DNA of 64,000 bases, taken from IMG/VR virus record IMGVR_UViG_3300027985_000661, positions 32,403 to 96,402 of that record. One strand, 5' to 3'. Shown here piece after piece: positions 23,101 to 34,898 of the stretch. Within the stretch, counting starts at the first letter, position 1. Each line of letters opens with the position of its first letter. Origin of the DNA: a virus. The notes beneath the pieces are model-generated. The model was not told where the DNA came from. It saw nothing but the letters and a program-made list of their open reading frames with translations, and searched no databases. A program made the position numbers and the translations under genes.

Positions 23101-24414
23101 TACATATTACGATACTTTGTTAGATATACATACTAATGCACTTATATCTGAGGGGGTAGTAGCTAATAAAAATGAGGCTAGATCTATAGCAAAATTAAAA
23201 TTGGAAGCTTATTTAAATGTAGATCAAACAGATGCTCAAACTTTTATTACACCTGAAATGTACAGGGCTGTTGCTATCAAATTAGGTGAATGGAATAATG
23301 TAAAAGAACAAGCATATCAGCAGATATTAAATGGAGAGGGTAGTAATATGACAACTAAAGACGTTGTTTTCCAACCTCTTAAAATGACATATGTAAATGT
23401 ACAATATGTGGATGGCCATGCTATAGCAAAATTCGATAAAATGTCTATGGCTACTTTATTTAGAGCGGATATTAAAGGCACTAAAATGGAGAAGTTGTTA
23501 GATAGAATGGAAGCTGTAGGAGAGTTCAAAGGTCTAGAACCTATACACCAAGTTAAATTCCACACTGCTGAAAAAGTAGGGGGTAGAGATAGAAAAGAGA
23601 TATTCCAAGATAATGGTGAATTTGTAGAACTATCTGAGCTTAACTACTACGATCAGGACTTTGATATGCTTAGGTTACAGCTTGTAACAGATCCCCATGA
23701 AGTTAATGAAACTTTAGTAGGTTCTCAGTTTAAGAAAGTGGGTATGTCTAATGTTAAGTTAACCGAGACATACGGTAACGGTAAAACAGGGGCCGAAATA
23801 GTAGAGGAAATAAATAGTATGCTTTCTGAATTATCGAATAGAGGTAAAGATTCCTTATCTGAGGAATTCAATCTAGATAAAAGTAATAAGATAGTAGATA
23901 AGCAAGTATTTATGGATAAATTAAAAGAAGAAGGTAAAAAAGCAGGGATGCCTGATTATATACTTGATACTTTTAAATTGAATGAAAATGGAGATTATTA
24001 CGTAGAACCTGACGCTCATCCTGGTAATAGAAAATGGATACAGAATAGGGTGTTGTCTATAATTAAGAAGGCTACTATTGATTTGAAACTTCCAGGCAAT
24101 GTATTTATTCAAATGTCTAATATAGGTATAGCTAAGGATAAAGAACTTAGGCTTATGGATGAAGAAGGATACATAGAAGCTAAAATATCTGTAAGTGTAT
24201 TTAAAAATATGATACCTTCATATAATACTAAAACACATGCAGAAAGAGTTGAATTCTTGCGTTCTAGACCCGACATCACTGCTATGGCATATAGGATACC
24301 TACTCAAGGACAGAACTCGACATTCGGTCTTAAAGTGGTTGATTTCTTAGATGAGAGAGTGGGAGATGTTATAGTATTGCCTGCTGAAGGTACTGCTGTT
24401 GGAGGTTTTGACTT
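14126..24414 (+). CDS. Giant virion RNA polymerase, exon 1 (likely start MSNK at 14126; ORF track start 14087); includes a zincin HEAFH motif
   Basis: Two-barrel RNAP motifs near the 3' end (GDPASYK...KR, TDAQTFI, FQPLK, YRIPTQG, GGFDF); joins exon 2 to give GFDFDID, the DFDID catalytic motif of crAss-like virion RNAPs. Confidence 0.9.
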
Positions 24415-24444
24415 TAATTATAGAGTCACTGCGTAGAAATACGC

Positions 24445-24471
24445 TGAAACCTTTCAAATATATCAATCGTA
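24445..24471 (+). promoter_or_regulatory. ECF-sigma-like promoter TGAAAC-N17-CGTA for the HNH ORF
   Basis: 21 nt upstream of ATG 24493. Confidence 0.55.
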
Positions 24472-24492
24472 TAACCACATAAAGGTTATACA

Positions 24493-24987
24493 ATGGAAAA
24501 AGAAATATTTAATAATTATAGTATATCGAATACCGGAATTATAAAAAGTAAATTTACCGGTAAAGAAATGAAACAATATATAAGTAATGTAGGATATTCT
24601 GCGGTTAGACTTACAATAGAAAAAGGAAAAACAAAATTATTCCACGTACATGTTTTAATCGCAATTGCTTTTTTAGATTATAGTTTAAGTAGTAATTTAG
24701 TTGTAGATCATAAAAATAATATAAGGACAGATAATAGATTAGAGAATTTACAATTAGTAACTAGAAGATTAAATAATACTAAAGAATTTACAGGGAAAGT
24801 AAAATATCCAGGAGTACATATAGAAAAAGGAAGAAGGCATTATAGAGCTCGGATAAAAAATAAAGATAAGTATTTATCATTAGGTTCCTACTTAGATCCT
24901 AAGGATGCATACAGAGCTTATATGAAATCTTTAAAAGAAATAGATATACAGGCTTATAATTATTATAAAGATATATTTGGAGAATAA
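24493..24987 (+). CDS. Intron-encoded HNH homing endonuclease with AP2-like C-terminal domain
   Basis: YSISNTG N-terminus, HVLIA, VDHKNNIRTDNRLENL (HNH), YPGV...YRARI...LGSY (AP2-like). Confidence 0.85.
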   Translation: MEKEIFNNYSISNTGIIKSKFTGKEMKQYISNVGYSAVRLTIEKGKTKLFHVHVLIAIAFLDYSLSSNLVVDHKNNIRTDNRLENLQLVTRRLNNTKEFTGKVKYPGVHIEKGRRHYRARIKNKDKYLSLGSYLDPKDAYRAYMKSLKEIDIQAYNYYKDIFGE

Positions 24988-25242
24988 ATAACTCCTTTAA
25001 TTGCTGGGAACTCCTATAATAGAGTATAGGGCAATCAGCAGCCAAGCTTCGAAAGAAGAAGGTTCAACGACTAGTCCGGCACGTTAAAAAGTGCGGTAGA
25101 AGGACGTACATCCAAGTGGATGGAAATGGGGAGCACCTTACTAGATAATGCTAAAGGTGAAGATATAGTCTAGTCTGTATGGTAACATACAGCAGTTCAT
25201 AAGAGAACGGGTACAGATTAACGACCTGTATTGAATATTACG

Positions 25243-27922
25243 TGACATTGATAAATTGTATTTTATACGCCATAATTATACCAAAGATGGATATAAGATA
25301 GAGTACTTAACTGATGACAATTCTACTCTTGAAGAAAGAATGGAGGCGTATGCAGAAGAAGTATTAAAAGATAGATTTAAAGATATTAAAAGAAAGTATA
25401 AAGGTGAAGAAATAGATAAGAGGATTAAACTTGAAATACTTAATTGGAAAAACAATAATAGAATTAGTTTTGAAAAAAGAAGTATTAAAGCTCAAAATAC
25501 TAAAGAAGCTGTACAGAATAGGTTATTAGATATGTATTTTGATATTTATAGGGATAGTAAGCATGCTGCACATAGAACTCAACCTTTAGGATATGGAGCC
25601 GACCAATTGAAAAAGCTTGCAAAAGATATAAGAAAATGGAATGGTACTATAAGAACTGATAAAGAAGGAAATGTAATAGAAACAGACGTTGAATCACTTA
25701 AATCTACTACTCCAGTATTTAACTTAGATGTTAAAGCTAGGTATAAATTAGGTAAAGCTTTAGGTTCTTATGCTCTTTCTAACGTTCACCATGCTTTAGG
25801 TCAGACAGTAGGACTTTCCCTTAACCAGAATATAGGATCTGGAAACCTAAATGAATTTGGAAATACCAGTCTTGCAGGATTATTAGGTAGGGATAATGAG
25901 TATATAATGGAGTGGTTCTCTGCTCTTATTGATGCTCACGTTGATATAGCAGCCGATCCTTTCATTTACTTCTTAAATGCCAATGATTATACAGTTAAAG
26001 AACTTTCGTTACTATTAAGAGCCGGTGTTGGCGGTATTAAGACGTTTAAATTTATAGCCCAACCTATACTGTCTTCTATTGCAAAAGAAGTAGAAAATGC
26101 TAAAAATAATATAGGTCTTGATATTCGAATTGCCGATGTTGTAGCTTCAATTAGAAAGAAATATGAAGCACAAGCTAGAAAACATGGAGTTTCGTATGTA
26201 GAGTATAACCCCTCTATAGATAATTTCGATTCTATATTAAATGAAGCAGAATTAGAAGATGCTTTTAAAGAATCTGCAAAAGAGAATCCAAAAGGAAGTT
26301 TTTACGTACAACAATTAAGGGTATTAGATGCTTTCCAAAGTATATCCTTACCTGCCCAGATGCTATCAGAAGCTGTAATGGCTAGTAGGATTGATACTAA
26401 GAAATTTGGTACATCGTTCTCAGAGGTAGAGAATTATACTATTAGAGTACAGAAAGCTTTAGATGACGAGGCAAAAGGAGCGGGAATTCAAGGTTTCAAG
26501 AAGTTTATTGAAGATACTTATTTAGGTGCCTATACCAACAATAGTATAGATCTATCTTATGGTATGTTATCTAATATATCTTTAGAGACCAAGCCTGCTT
26601 TTCGTAAAGCTGTTAGAAATATCTTAACAAGTGTAAATAAGAGGTATACTGCAAGTGAGAAACTAATAAAGACAGTATCTGATGAGATATATACTAACCT
26701 TACTGCTGCTTATTTTAAAGAAAAAGGTATACTTGAAGAAAGTATGATCAAATCGCTTATATATGGAAATAACAGTATTCCTAAAAGAGTAGAGGATATA
26801 AAAAATGGCAGTATTAAAGGATTTGAGAAGTATAAAGACTCAGGATTACTTTCTAAATTAGTACCTTACTATAAGCAGGATGCTCCTGATATGTTAATAT
26901 TTAATAAGCCTGATGATAAGTATGAAAAGGATTCGTTAGTTAGATCTTGGAAAGATATGGCAAACAGTACTAATCCAGATGTTAGAGCTTTTGCACAAGA
27001 TTTATTCTACTACTCCTATTTAACTAGTGGTTTTAAAAATACTCTTAATTCATTTTACGATCTCGCCCCTAGAGAATTATTAATAGATGAGGGCTATAAT
27101 GAGTTTATTAAAGAATATTTTAGTAAACTTAACGATCCTGATTATTTTGATATGTTCTTAGATGAATTCTACTTAAATAGTTGGAATAATAGTGAGTTAG
27201 TACCTGAAATTAAGGATAAGAGTATTAAAAGTAAGAAAAGTGCTAGTAAAGGAGGTACATACATGCTATTTACTGATAATATTTCTTTTTATGTAGGTAA
27301 GAATAATAAAGGCCAGTCTATTTATAGACCTTATATTAAGTATAAAGGGCCTGAAGGTTTAGAACTATATAAGTATACAGGTACTATATCAGAAAGAGGC
27401 AAAGAATTTGCAATTTATTATAGGGTAGAAAAGAAAGGTTATAATAAGAATGGATTTGTCGTAAAAGAGAATTTAACTAAAGGTACAATATTCTCTTCTA
27501 ATAGGACTGGATTACCTGATAGCGTTACTAAATATCTAAACCCTACTAATATATCTTCTATAGCGAATGCTAAAAATAAAGACGGTATTAAAATATTCGA
27601 TTTCCTAAGTAAGGCAGATTTCGTTAATATTGAGGATATGGTAGTGTCCCAATATAAAAATGATATAAGGGATTTCGATTCAGAAACACAGGCTAAAATA
27701 AACAGAATTAGACCTTTAGATTTGACCGATGAAGCCACTAAATTATTTAGTACCCAAGAGATTGTGACTACTAGTTTAGATATACAAAAAGGTTTCTATA
27801 CTTTGAATAATAATAAAATTGTATTTATTGATAAAATAGAAGAAGATTCTTATTTGGTTGAACAGTGGGGATACCAAACACCTACTTCTGAACAGATAGA
27901 TGCTAATATGAAAGAATGTTAA
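25243..27922 (+). CDS. Virion RNA polymerase, exon 2 (spliced product about 4322 aa from 14126)
   Basis: Frame continues DIDKLYF; QNRLLDMY and SALIDAHVDIAADP motifs. Confidence 0.9.
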
Positions 27923-27933
27923 AATAATAAATA

Positions 27934-30900
27934 ATGAGTTGTCCTAATAAGAATTTAATAGATTACCAACGATTGGTCGACAGTCTTGGGGAGAAAGGGG
28001 CATTCCATGTATTTATAAAGAACGGTAATAAAGTTCCCTATATACAAAATAGGGAACAAAACCGTTTTATATGGGATGTAGAAAATAAGTTTGGATTAGT
28101 TGATTGGCCCTCTACAAATATAAAAGGCCTTAATCAAAAACAATATAAAGGATTCGATAGATTCACTACTGAAAAACTTATTAACCAAATACGTGAACAA
28201 TATGTAGGTGACTATACTATTAAACGTGTATCTCCGTATGGGAAAGGGGAATTCGGATTGAAGATAGAGGGTACTCCAGTTTCTAAAGAAGAACTAGATA
28301 GTTTTTACCCTACTTTAGAGCATAGCGAAGCTTTACATAAGTACCTCTATTACAAAGAATTTCAAATAAGGGAAGAAGAGGCAAATGAGGATATACTTCC
28401 TTTAGATACGTATGATCAGAAAATAATGGACTTGAGTTCGGGCAATTCTGATTTAAGAATATCTAAAAGAGGTGTAGAAAAGACACTCCTCAAAATGCAA
28501 GCTACTTTAATGTCTAATATGCCTAGAATAAAAGAGGTTATATATGATAGTACTTTAGAAGTAGCGGGTAGATTAGAGGCAGGAGGAGAGATAATAAAAG
28601 TAAACCCTGAGTACATGACTACTGATACATTAGGTCATGAATTTGGGCACTTACTTATAGATTTGAGAGGAGGATTAAGAGACCCTTTTATACTACAAGC
28701 TATTGAACAATTAGAAAATACTGAATTAGCACAAGGAGTAAGAGAGAGGTACCCTGAATTAAAGGGAACTGAAAAATTGCAGAAAGAGATACTAGCCCAA
28801 GCTATAGGTAAAGAAGTAGTTGATTTATTTCAAGAGCAGGAGGAAAATAATAAATTTGAAAGATGGCTACTTAGATTATTTAGATGGCTAAAGTCTCGTT
28901 TAGGTATTGAAAAAAATAACGCTAGAGAGTTAGCAGGGATGCTAATAGGGGAAGTATCTTTAGATGAGAGTAAGTTTCTATTTTCACCATCCGATTATCC
29001 GCAGGAACAAAAGTTAGCAGAAGATGGGGATATAGTTGATGAAGAGCTTGAAGATAGAAAAGACGCTTTAGAAAATTTACAAACTGCTGCTAAGATTAAA
29101 AATAAGTATCAACAAATACGTGACAAGGCTATTGATCTTATTAACACTCGTATACGTAGAGAGACAAGCGCAGGTAGGGCAGGTAGTTTACAGTCTTTAA
29201 AAGAAGTATTAGAAAAGTTACAAAATGAAGGAATAGATGATAAAATAGCTATCGCTTCCTTTGTAGACAACGCAGTTACAGCTATTAATTCCATATACAA
29301 AGACTATAAAATTAGGAAAGAAGAATATGATAATGGAGACCCTGATGCTATAACTATCAAAATGCTTAATAGATGGACTAATATACTATCAGCATACGAT
29401 ACTTTGGACACAGTCTCCTACTCTATTATGGAGGACGAATTCAACGTGGAAGGTATTTCCAAAGAAGATCTAAATAATATGCGTAGGGATGTGGATGACG
29501 CTATTAAGAAGAAAAACCTAGTAAAAGAACTTTACAAGACTTTAGGGGGAGATTTAATGTCTAAGACATTAGCTAGATATACTACTAAAATATTGGCTGA
29601 GAAGCGTAATCAATTTAAAAGGGAATGGCTGTCTAAAAATAAAAACGATTATAGTAAAACAAAAGATCGTAATAAGGCATTACAAGAAGCTACAGATGCT
29701 TATATGAAGGACAAAATTTCTGACCTTACAGAAGAGACTACTATTAAATTGAGGGCGGAAATGCAGAAAGCCTCTACAGGAGATATAAATATGCTCGCTG
29801 CTTGGTTCGATACTGTATTAGATACTGACGATATGGTTGTTGGCGCTATGGTTAAAAAGTTTGTCATAGCAGATCGAAAAGCTAGACAAAGAGCTATAGA
29901 TTTTAGGAATAGAATGTTGCCAATTCTAAAAGAACTGGAACAATTTACAGGGTATACAACAAATACCGCTCCTGAAAAAATGTACGATTTTATGCTAGAA
30001 AAGAATGAAAAAGGAGAGTATACAGGTCATGTTCTTTCACAATTTAGCAGCGGTCTTATAAACGAATTTGATAGGATTAAAAGAGAGTACCAAGATCTAC
30101 CTGAGAAAGAAAGGCGCATAGAAGTTTATAAATGGAAGCAGGAAAATATGCCCACAAATGAAGCTAAAAAAACAAAAGCTTTTCAAGAATTTTTGGGGGA
30201 ATTGAAAGATAGTAAAATAATAAATGAAGAGGACATTAAAAGGATAAATTCTAACTTGGAATTACCATTCGAAAGGCAGAAAAACCCTGAGTCTTTTTTA
30301 AGTTTTGAAGCAGCTAATGAAATTACAACATGGTTTAGGAGTAATTCATTTAAATTTAGAGAGCCTACATCTAAATGGGAAAATAAAGAATGGAGGCAAT
30401 TAGAACGTATTTTAGAGGATAAAAATGATCCTAGAACTAAATTCTATGAATTAATAGCAGAAGCTAAAAATGAGGCGGACTCACAACTCCCATTTAACAA
30501 GAGACAGCATGATAGACTCCCATTTGTAATAAAAAGTACACGGGAAAGAATGCTATCAGGTCAAACTCTTAAAAATATAGTACAGGATAAAATAAAAGAT
30601 CTTACACAAGTCCGAGAGGATGATACAGAAAGAGGGTCAGTATTAACAGATGAGAACGATAAACCTATAGATTTCGTACCTATACATTATATTAGAAGCT
30701 CAGATTATAATGTGAATGATCAATCTTTTGACTTAGCCACTGTTTACTATAAGTATTTTAAAATGGCAACTAATTATGGGGAAAAATCAGATCTTATAGC
30801 AGAAGCAGAATATACAAAAAAGATAATTTCAGAAAGAGAGATGCCGGTATATGATTCTAAAGGTAATCCTATTAAGGCATACTTGGGTAATTTATCACAG

Positions 30901-32259
30901 AAAGATTTAACTAAAAGTGGTAAAAACTCTCAATTACTTGTTCAATACGAACAGTTTCTTAAATCCCTACTATACGGCCAAACGAAAATAGATCATGGGG
31001 AATGGGACGTGTTAGGATATAAAATAGATAAAGCAAAAGTAGGGGATAACCTTAATAAGTTCACTGCTTATAATATGTTAGGTTTCAATATGTTACAGGC
31101 CGTATCTAACGTTACGTTAGGTGAAACTACTCAAATATTGGAGGCTAAAGCAGGTTCTAAATTTAATATGCAAGATTTACATGATGCTACAGTAGAGTAC
31201 TATGCTAAGATGCCTGAGATAGTAGGTGATATAGGCCTTAGGGCTCCTGAGTCTAAAATAGGCCTATTAAACGAGAAATTCGATATACTTAACGAATATG
31301 AAGGCGGAGTATATAGAAAGAACACTAGGTGGTCTAATTTGATGAATTCTAGTGCGTTATTCTTCATGTCTCATGCAGGTGAGCATTTTATGCAGACACG
31401 TGTAATGATGGCAATGCTAAAGAAGAAAAGGGCATTTGATAAAGAAGGTAACGACATAGGTAGTATATACGATATGTACTCTACTGAAAATAATAAATTG
31501 GTGTTAGACGAGAGGGTAGATATAGTAAAATCAGGATGGGATGAAGAAAATCAAATACTATTTGGAGAGGAAGTAAAAGCTTTACTAATGACCTTGCATG
31601 GTAACTATTCTGATCTTGGAGTAGTGGCTGCGCAAAGGCATGTTCTTGGTAGGATGGGGTTAATGTTCCGTAAGTTTATAGTACCTGGGTTTAAAAGACG
31701 ATGGGGAGGAAGAAGATTCAATAATTTCTTAAATGACTACACAGAAGGATACTATTCCACTACTGGTAGGTATTTTAAAAATCTTATAACTGAGTCTAAA
31801 TCCCTCAGTTTCTCTGCTATGTCGGAGTCATGGAAAGACCTGTTACCAGAAGAACAAGCTAATATAAGAAGAACAATATCTGAATTTTCATTTATGATTA
31901 TTTTTAGTATTCTATCCACTGCTTTCTTAACACTTAAAGGAGAAGCCGACGACGATGATGAAAGAAGGTTTTATTCTGCACTTTCTTATTTAACTCATAG
32001 GGCTAGTTCAGAATATGGTTTTTGGTGGAACCCTAGTGCAGCAATGGAAGTACTAAGGTCTCCCGCAGCTTCAATATCTACATTAGAGAATGTAATAAAG
32101 ATGGCAACACAAATGTTCCATCCTTTTGAGAGGTATGAAAGAGGCAATTGGGGAGGAGAATTAAAGTTGACTAAAAACGCAATACAATTAATGCCTGCTA
32201 TAAAGCAGATATATAGGATAAGGGACGTAGAAGACTTGGCGGAGCTTGTGAATATTTAA
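27934..32259 (+). CDS. Large virion cargo protein with zincin-like metalloprotease motif
   Basis: MSCPN start, TLGHEFGH (HExxH) with downstream EILAQAIG; C-terminal HGNY and YTEGYY region; last gene of the cargo block. Confidence 0.7.
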   Translation: MSCPNKNLIDYQRLVDSLGEKGAFHVFIKNGNKVPYIQNREQNRFIWDVENKFGLVDWPSTNIKGLNQKQYKGFDRFTTEKLINQIREQYVGDYTIKRVSPYGKGEFGLKIEGTPVSKEELDSFYPTLEHSEALHKYLYYKEFQIREEEANEDILPLDTYDQKIMDLSSGNSDLRISKRGVEKTLLKMQATLMSNMPRIKEVIYDSTLEVAGRLEAGGEIIKVNPEYMTTDTLGHEFGHLLIDLRGGLRDPFILQAIEQLENTELAQGVRERYPELKGTEKLQKEILAQAIGKEVVDLFQEQEENNKFERWLLRLFRWLKSRLGIEKNNARELAGMLIGEVSLDESKFLFSPSDYPQEQKLAEDGDIVDEELEDRKDALENLQTAAKIKNKYQQIRDKAIDLINTRIRRETSAGRAGSLQSLKEVLEKLQNEGIDDKIAIASFVDNAVTAINSIYKDYKIRKEEYDNGDPDAITIKMLNRWTNILSAYDTLDTVSYSIMEDEFNVEGISKEDLNNMRRDVDDAIKKKNLVKELYKTLGGDLMSKTLARYTTKILAEKRNQFKREWLSKNKNDYSKTKDRNKALQEATDAYMKDKISDLTEETTIKLRAEMQKASTGDINMLAAWFDTVLDTDDMVVGAMVKKFVIADRKARQRAIDFRNRMLPILKELEQFTGYTTNTAPEKMYDFMLEKNEKGEYTGHVLSQFSSGLINEFDRIKREYQDLPEKERRIEVYKWKQENMPTNEAKKTKAFQEFLGELKDSKIINEEDIKRINSNLELPFERQKNPESFLSFEAANEITTWFRSNSFKFREPTSKWENKEWRQLERILEDKNDPRTKFYELIAEAKNEADSQLPFNKRQHDRLPFVIKSTRERMLSGQTLKNIVQDKIKDLTQVREDDTERGSVLTDENDKPIDFVPIHYIRSSDYNVNDQSFDLATVYYKYFKMATNYGEKSDLIAEAEYTKKIISEREMPVYDSKGNPIKAYLGNLSQKDLTKSGKNSQLLVQYEQFLKSLLYGQTKIDHGEWDVLGYKIDKAKVGDNLNKFTAYNMLGFNMLQAVSNVTLGETTQILEAKAGSKFNMQDLHDATVEYYAKMPEIVGDIGLRAPESKIGLLNEKFDILNEYEGGVYRKNTRWSNLMNSSALFFMSHAGEHFMQTRVMMAMLKKKRAFDKEGNDIGSIYDMYSTENNKLVLDERVDIVKSGWDEENQILFGEEVKALLMTLHGNYSDLGVVAAQRHVLGRMGLMFRKFIVPGFKRRWGGRRFNNFLNDYTEGYYSTTGRYFKNLITESKSLSFSAMSESWKDLLPEEQANIRRTISEFSFMIIFSILSTAFLTLKGEADDDDERRFYSALSYLTHRASSEYGFWWNPSAAMEVLRSPAASISTLENVIKMATQMFHPFERYERGNWGGELKLTKNAIQLMPAIKQIYRIRDVEDLAELVNI

Positions 32260-32289
32260 AGTTCGTTAATATAATAATGCCAAAATTTA

Positions 32290-32320
32290 GGGGGGTATAG
32301 GAAACTATACTCCCTTTTTT
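32290..32320 (+). terminator. Intrinsic terminator of the late module
   Basis: GGGGGTATAG-GAAA-CTATACTCCC stem followed by a T run. Confidence 0.8.
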
Positions 32321-32326
32321 TATATT

Positions 32327-32353
32327 ATAAAAGGGGCATTTAGCCCCTTTATT
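32327..32353. terminator. Bidirectional terminator at the strand convergence
   Basis: ATAAAAGGGGC-ATTTA-GCCCCTTTTAT. Confidence 0.8.
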
Positions 32354-32372
32354 ATTTATATTAATATATTTA

Positions 32373-33056
32373 TTAACAGCAGCTTTCTGCAATACTTTCC
32401 ACCTTTTCAAGTAAGTCTCCTAAAGCTCGAAGACGTTTTTTAGGATCTTTATTTTCTAAGCCTTCTAAAATAGTGATATCCTCAATATAAGATGGAATAT
32501 TCTTAATAGCAATACCGTACTTCTCTGCTAATTCTTTTTCCTTAATATATTTATTTCGTTTTTCTTCATTACGTTTAGAAATTTCGATTTTTTCTTTTTC
32601 TTCAATTTCTAACATTAATTCAAAACGATAATCTTCAAATGCAGCCACGTCCGTTACGATATAAATTTCGTGTAATAGAAATTCATATCTACTTCGCCAA
32701 GAGTATTTGTAATCTCCGTATTGTATACCAAATTCTTTAAGAACATTTTCCATATTCAAAGTGTCTAAACAGGCCTTTTTAAAATCAAAATCTTCTTTTT
32801 CTTTTTTATTTAAACTTAATAAATTAGAATACGATCCTATAATTAATTCTTCGGCAGTATGATAGGCTGCCAATATTTTATTTTTACAGATAGTTTCTAA
32901 TGCTTCATTTAATGCACTTAATGTCATTTTATCAGAATTAAGAACATCTTTACCATATTCTTTTTCTAAAATGTCAGATAAAGGGGTTAAAAATTTAAAT
33001 TCTTTTAAATTTACTTTTCCATTTCCTTTTTTAAGATCTTCTAATGTTACTACCAT
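32373..33056 (-). CDS. Hypothetical protein
   Basis: 227-aa ORF, A-rich leader. Confidence 0.6.
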   Translation of the reverse strand: MVVTLEDLKKGNGKVNLKEFKFLTPLSDILEKEYGKDVLNSDKMTLSALNEALETICKNKILAAYHTAEELIIGSYSNLLSLNKKEKEDFDFKKACLDTLNMENVLKEFGIQYGDYKYSWRSRYEFLLHEIYIVTDVAAFEDYRFELMLEIEEKEKIEISKRNEEKRNKYIKEKELAEKYGIAIKNIPSYIEDITILEGLENKDPKKRLRALGDLLEKVESIAESCC

Positions 33057-33162
33057 TATATATAAAAATTTTTGTTAATATTAAATTAATAACTCCTTTT
33101 TGGAGTAGTGGGTAAAAGGGGTGCTATCCCCTAATACCCTGAGTATTAATAATAGCGGAAAA

Positions 33163-33849
33163 CTATCCTACTTTAGGAAGTAGTAAACGTCCTAATTTAG
33201 ACTTAGCTACTTTACGGTAAGCATTAAGTTCTTCTTTGTCTTTTAAGATTTCTTCTTTATACTTATTACGCATTTTATTTAATTCTAAATTACGTTCTTT
33301 AGAAGCGAACTCGAAATCTTCATTTAATTTACGAATTTCTAAATCATGTTCTCTTTCAAGTATTTCAATTTTATTATCTTTTTCTTTTTTATCGATATAA
33401 TTAGATTCTCTTAATTTTCTAATTTCTAATTCATTATTATTAATAATAGACTTAAAATATTCTACTTTTTTCTGTAATTCAGAAATTTCTTTTTTGAATT
33501 TAATTTCTACATCGGTTTTAATTTCAGCTTTAAGTTTAGAAAGAGCTTCTTTGCCTCCCCATTCAGCTTCAATTTCACCATGTTCTTTATAAACGATTAC
33601 TTTTTTTCCTTCTTTTTCAAGTTTATAATTGTAGGTTACCAATTCAAAATTGCGTTTCTCAGTAGTACTTAATTTAGATTTAAGCTCTTCAATCTCTCTA
33701 TATAACGATTCGATTTTATCCTCACGTTTGGTCAAATCATTTAAAAAGTGATCTACAACTTTATTGTTATTAGTATCAATTGCTGTTTTAACTGCATTTT
33801 CACTTACTAAATTAGCAAGTTCATTAGTACTTACTTTACTTGTATTCAT
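33163..33849 (-). CDS. Coiled-coil hypothetical protein
   Basis: E/K-rich heptads. Confidence 0.6.
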   Translation of the reverse strand: MNTSKVSTNELANLVSENAVKTAIDTNNNKVVDHFLNDLTKREDKIESLYREIEELKSKLSTTEKRNFELVTYNYKLEKEGKKVIVYKEHGEIEAEWGGKEALSKLKAEIKTDVEIKFKKEISELQKKVEYFKSIINNNELEIRKLRESNYIDKKEKDNKIEILEREHDLEIRKLNEDFEFASKERNLELNKMRNKYKEEILKDKEELNAYRKVAKSKLGRLLLPKVG

Positions 33850-33896
33850 TTTATTTTATTTAATGATAAATAGTTAAATTATAATAAGTTTAATTA

Positions 33897-34886
33897 TTAC
33901 GCACTTTCTATAGTAGCGGCCTTTTCAATTTGAGACTCTACTGTTTTTTTAAGTAAACGGATACATTCGTCCTCTTTACCATCCTTTACTTTTAAAGTAG
34001 TATGGATAATTTCATTAATTTCGATAGTATCTTCTTTAACAATAGTTTCTATCTTATTATTAAAATTTAAAACCCCCTTTTTTTCTAAATGGTAGAGTCC
34101 ATTTAAAATAAAAAATCTAAGGTGGTCTATAGTATTAATTCCTTTTTCAATAGCGTTCTTAGAAATAGATAATAATAAATCCTCATTATTTTTATATTTT
34201 TCAGGTAACAGCCCTTTTGAAATGGTGCTAATAACATTAATATCTGAAAAAGTAAATTTATATATTTTTTCAAATCTACCTGGTCTAGATGTTAGAAAAT
34301 CTGGTAAATCTTCTATACTATTAACAGTAGATATAATAACAATATTATCCCGCGAATTAGCCCCGTCTAAGAATCCTAAAAATTTGGAACTTTTAAGACA
34401 CCATTGTGGGTTTTTTTCCAATTCGTCTAATACTATTACAATTAAACGAGAAGGATCATCATTAATTCGTAAATTATCTACCATTTCATCTAACTGAATA
34501 TCTACAATGTTAGATAGTACTACTCCAATACCATTATATTTATCAATTAAATCTTTAGCTACAGTGCAGGCTAAATGCGTTTTACCTGTTCCCGGGCTAC
34601 CGTCAAACATTAAATTTAATTTATTTAGCATGCCCATACTTTTTCTTAATTCGATTTTAATAGGATCGAAATGTTCTGAAATGTATTCGCAAGCTTCGGA
34701 GAATATTCCTGCTTTAATAACCTTAGAATTATCGTATCGGGTCATCTTTTCCACTTTTAAGTAAGGGACCATGGCATTTACTAAAGATAGATTGTACATA
34801 CCTTTTTCTAAAGAGGAATTGATCCCATCTTTTTTTTGTCCGATAATTTTAAAATTATTATCATTAAGTTTTACAAACATAGGCAA
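33897..34886 (-). CDS. AAA+ ATPase
   Basis: Walker A GSPGTGKT, Walker B IVLDELE, FLDG, STVN, arginine finger RPGRFE. Confidence 0.85.
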   Translation of the reverse strand: MPMFVKLNDNNFKIIGQKKDGINSSLEKGMYNLSLVNAMVPYLKVEKMTRYDNSKVIKAGIFSEACEYISEHFDPIKIELRKSMGMLNKLNLMFDGSPGTGKTHLACTVAKDLIDKYNGIGVVLSNIVDIQLDEMVDNLRINDDPSRLIVIVLDELEKNPQWCLKSSKFLGFLDGANSRDNIVIISTVNSIEDLPDFLTSRPGRFEKIYKFTFSDINVISTISKGLLPEKYKNNEDLLLSISKNAIEKGINTIDHLRFFILNGLYHLEKKGVLNFNNKIETIVKEDTIEINEIIHTTLKVKDGKEDECIRLLKKTVESQIEKAATIESA

Positions 34887-34898
34887 ATTTTAATAAAT

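Larger units (their letters stand above)
24415..25242 (+). mobile_element. Group I intron (828 nt) in the RNAP catalytic motif
   Basis: P1 GACTT|TA-ATTA-TAGAGTC with U.G at 24414/24423; core AATTGCTGGGAA, AATCAGCAG, GTTCAACGACTA, AAGATATAGTCT; terminal G 25242; splicing restores gac ttt gac att gat aaa. Confidence 0.93.

Noticed and set aside
706-29300. Numerous 60-190 aa minus-strand ORFs inside the structural genes
   Set aside because: Fully nested antisense frames with S/L/F-rich shadow composition.
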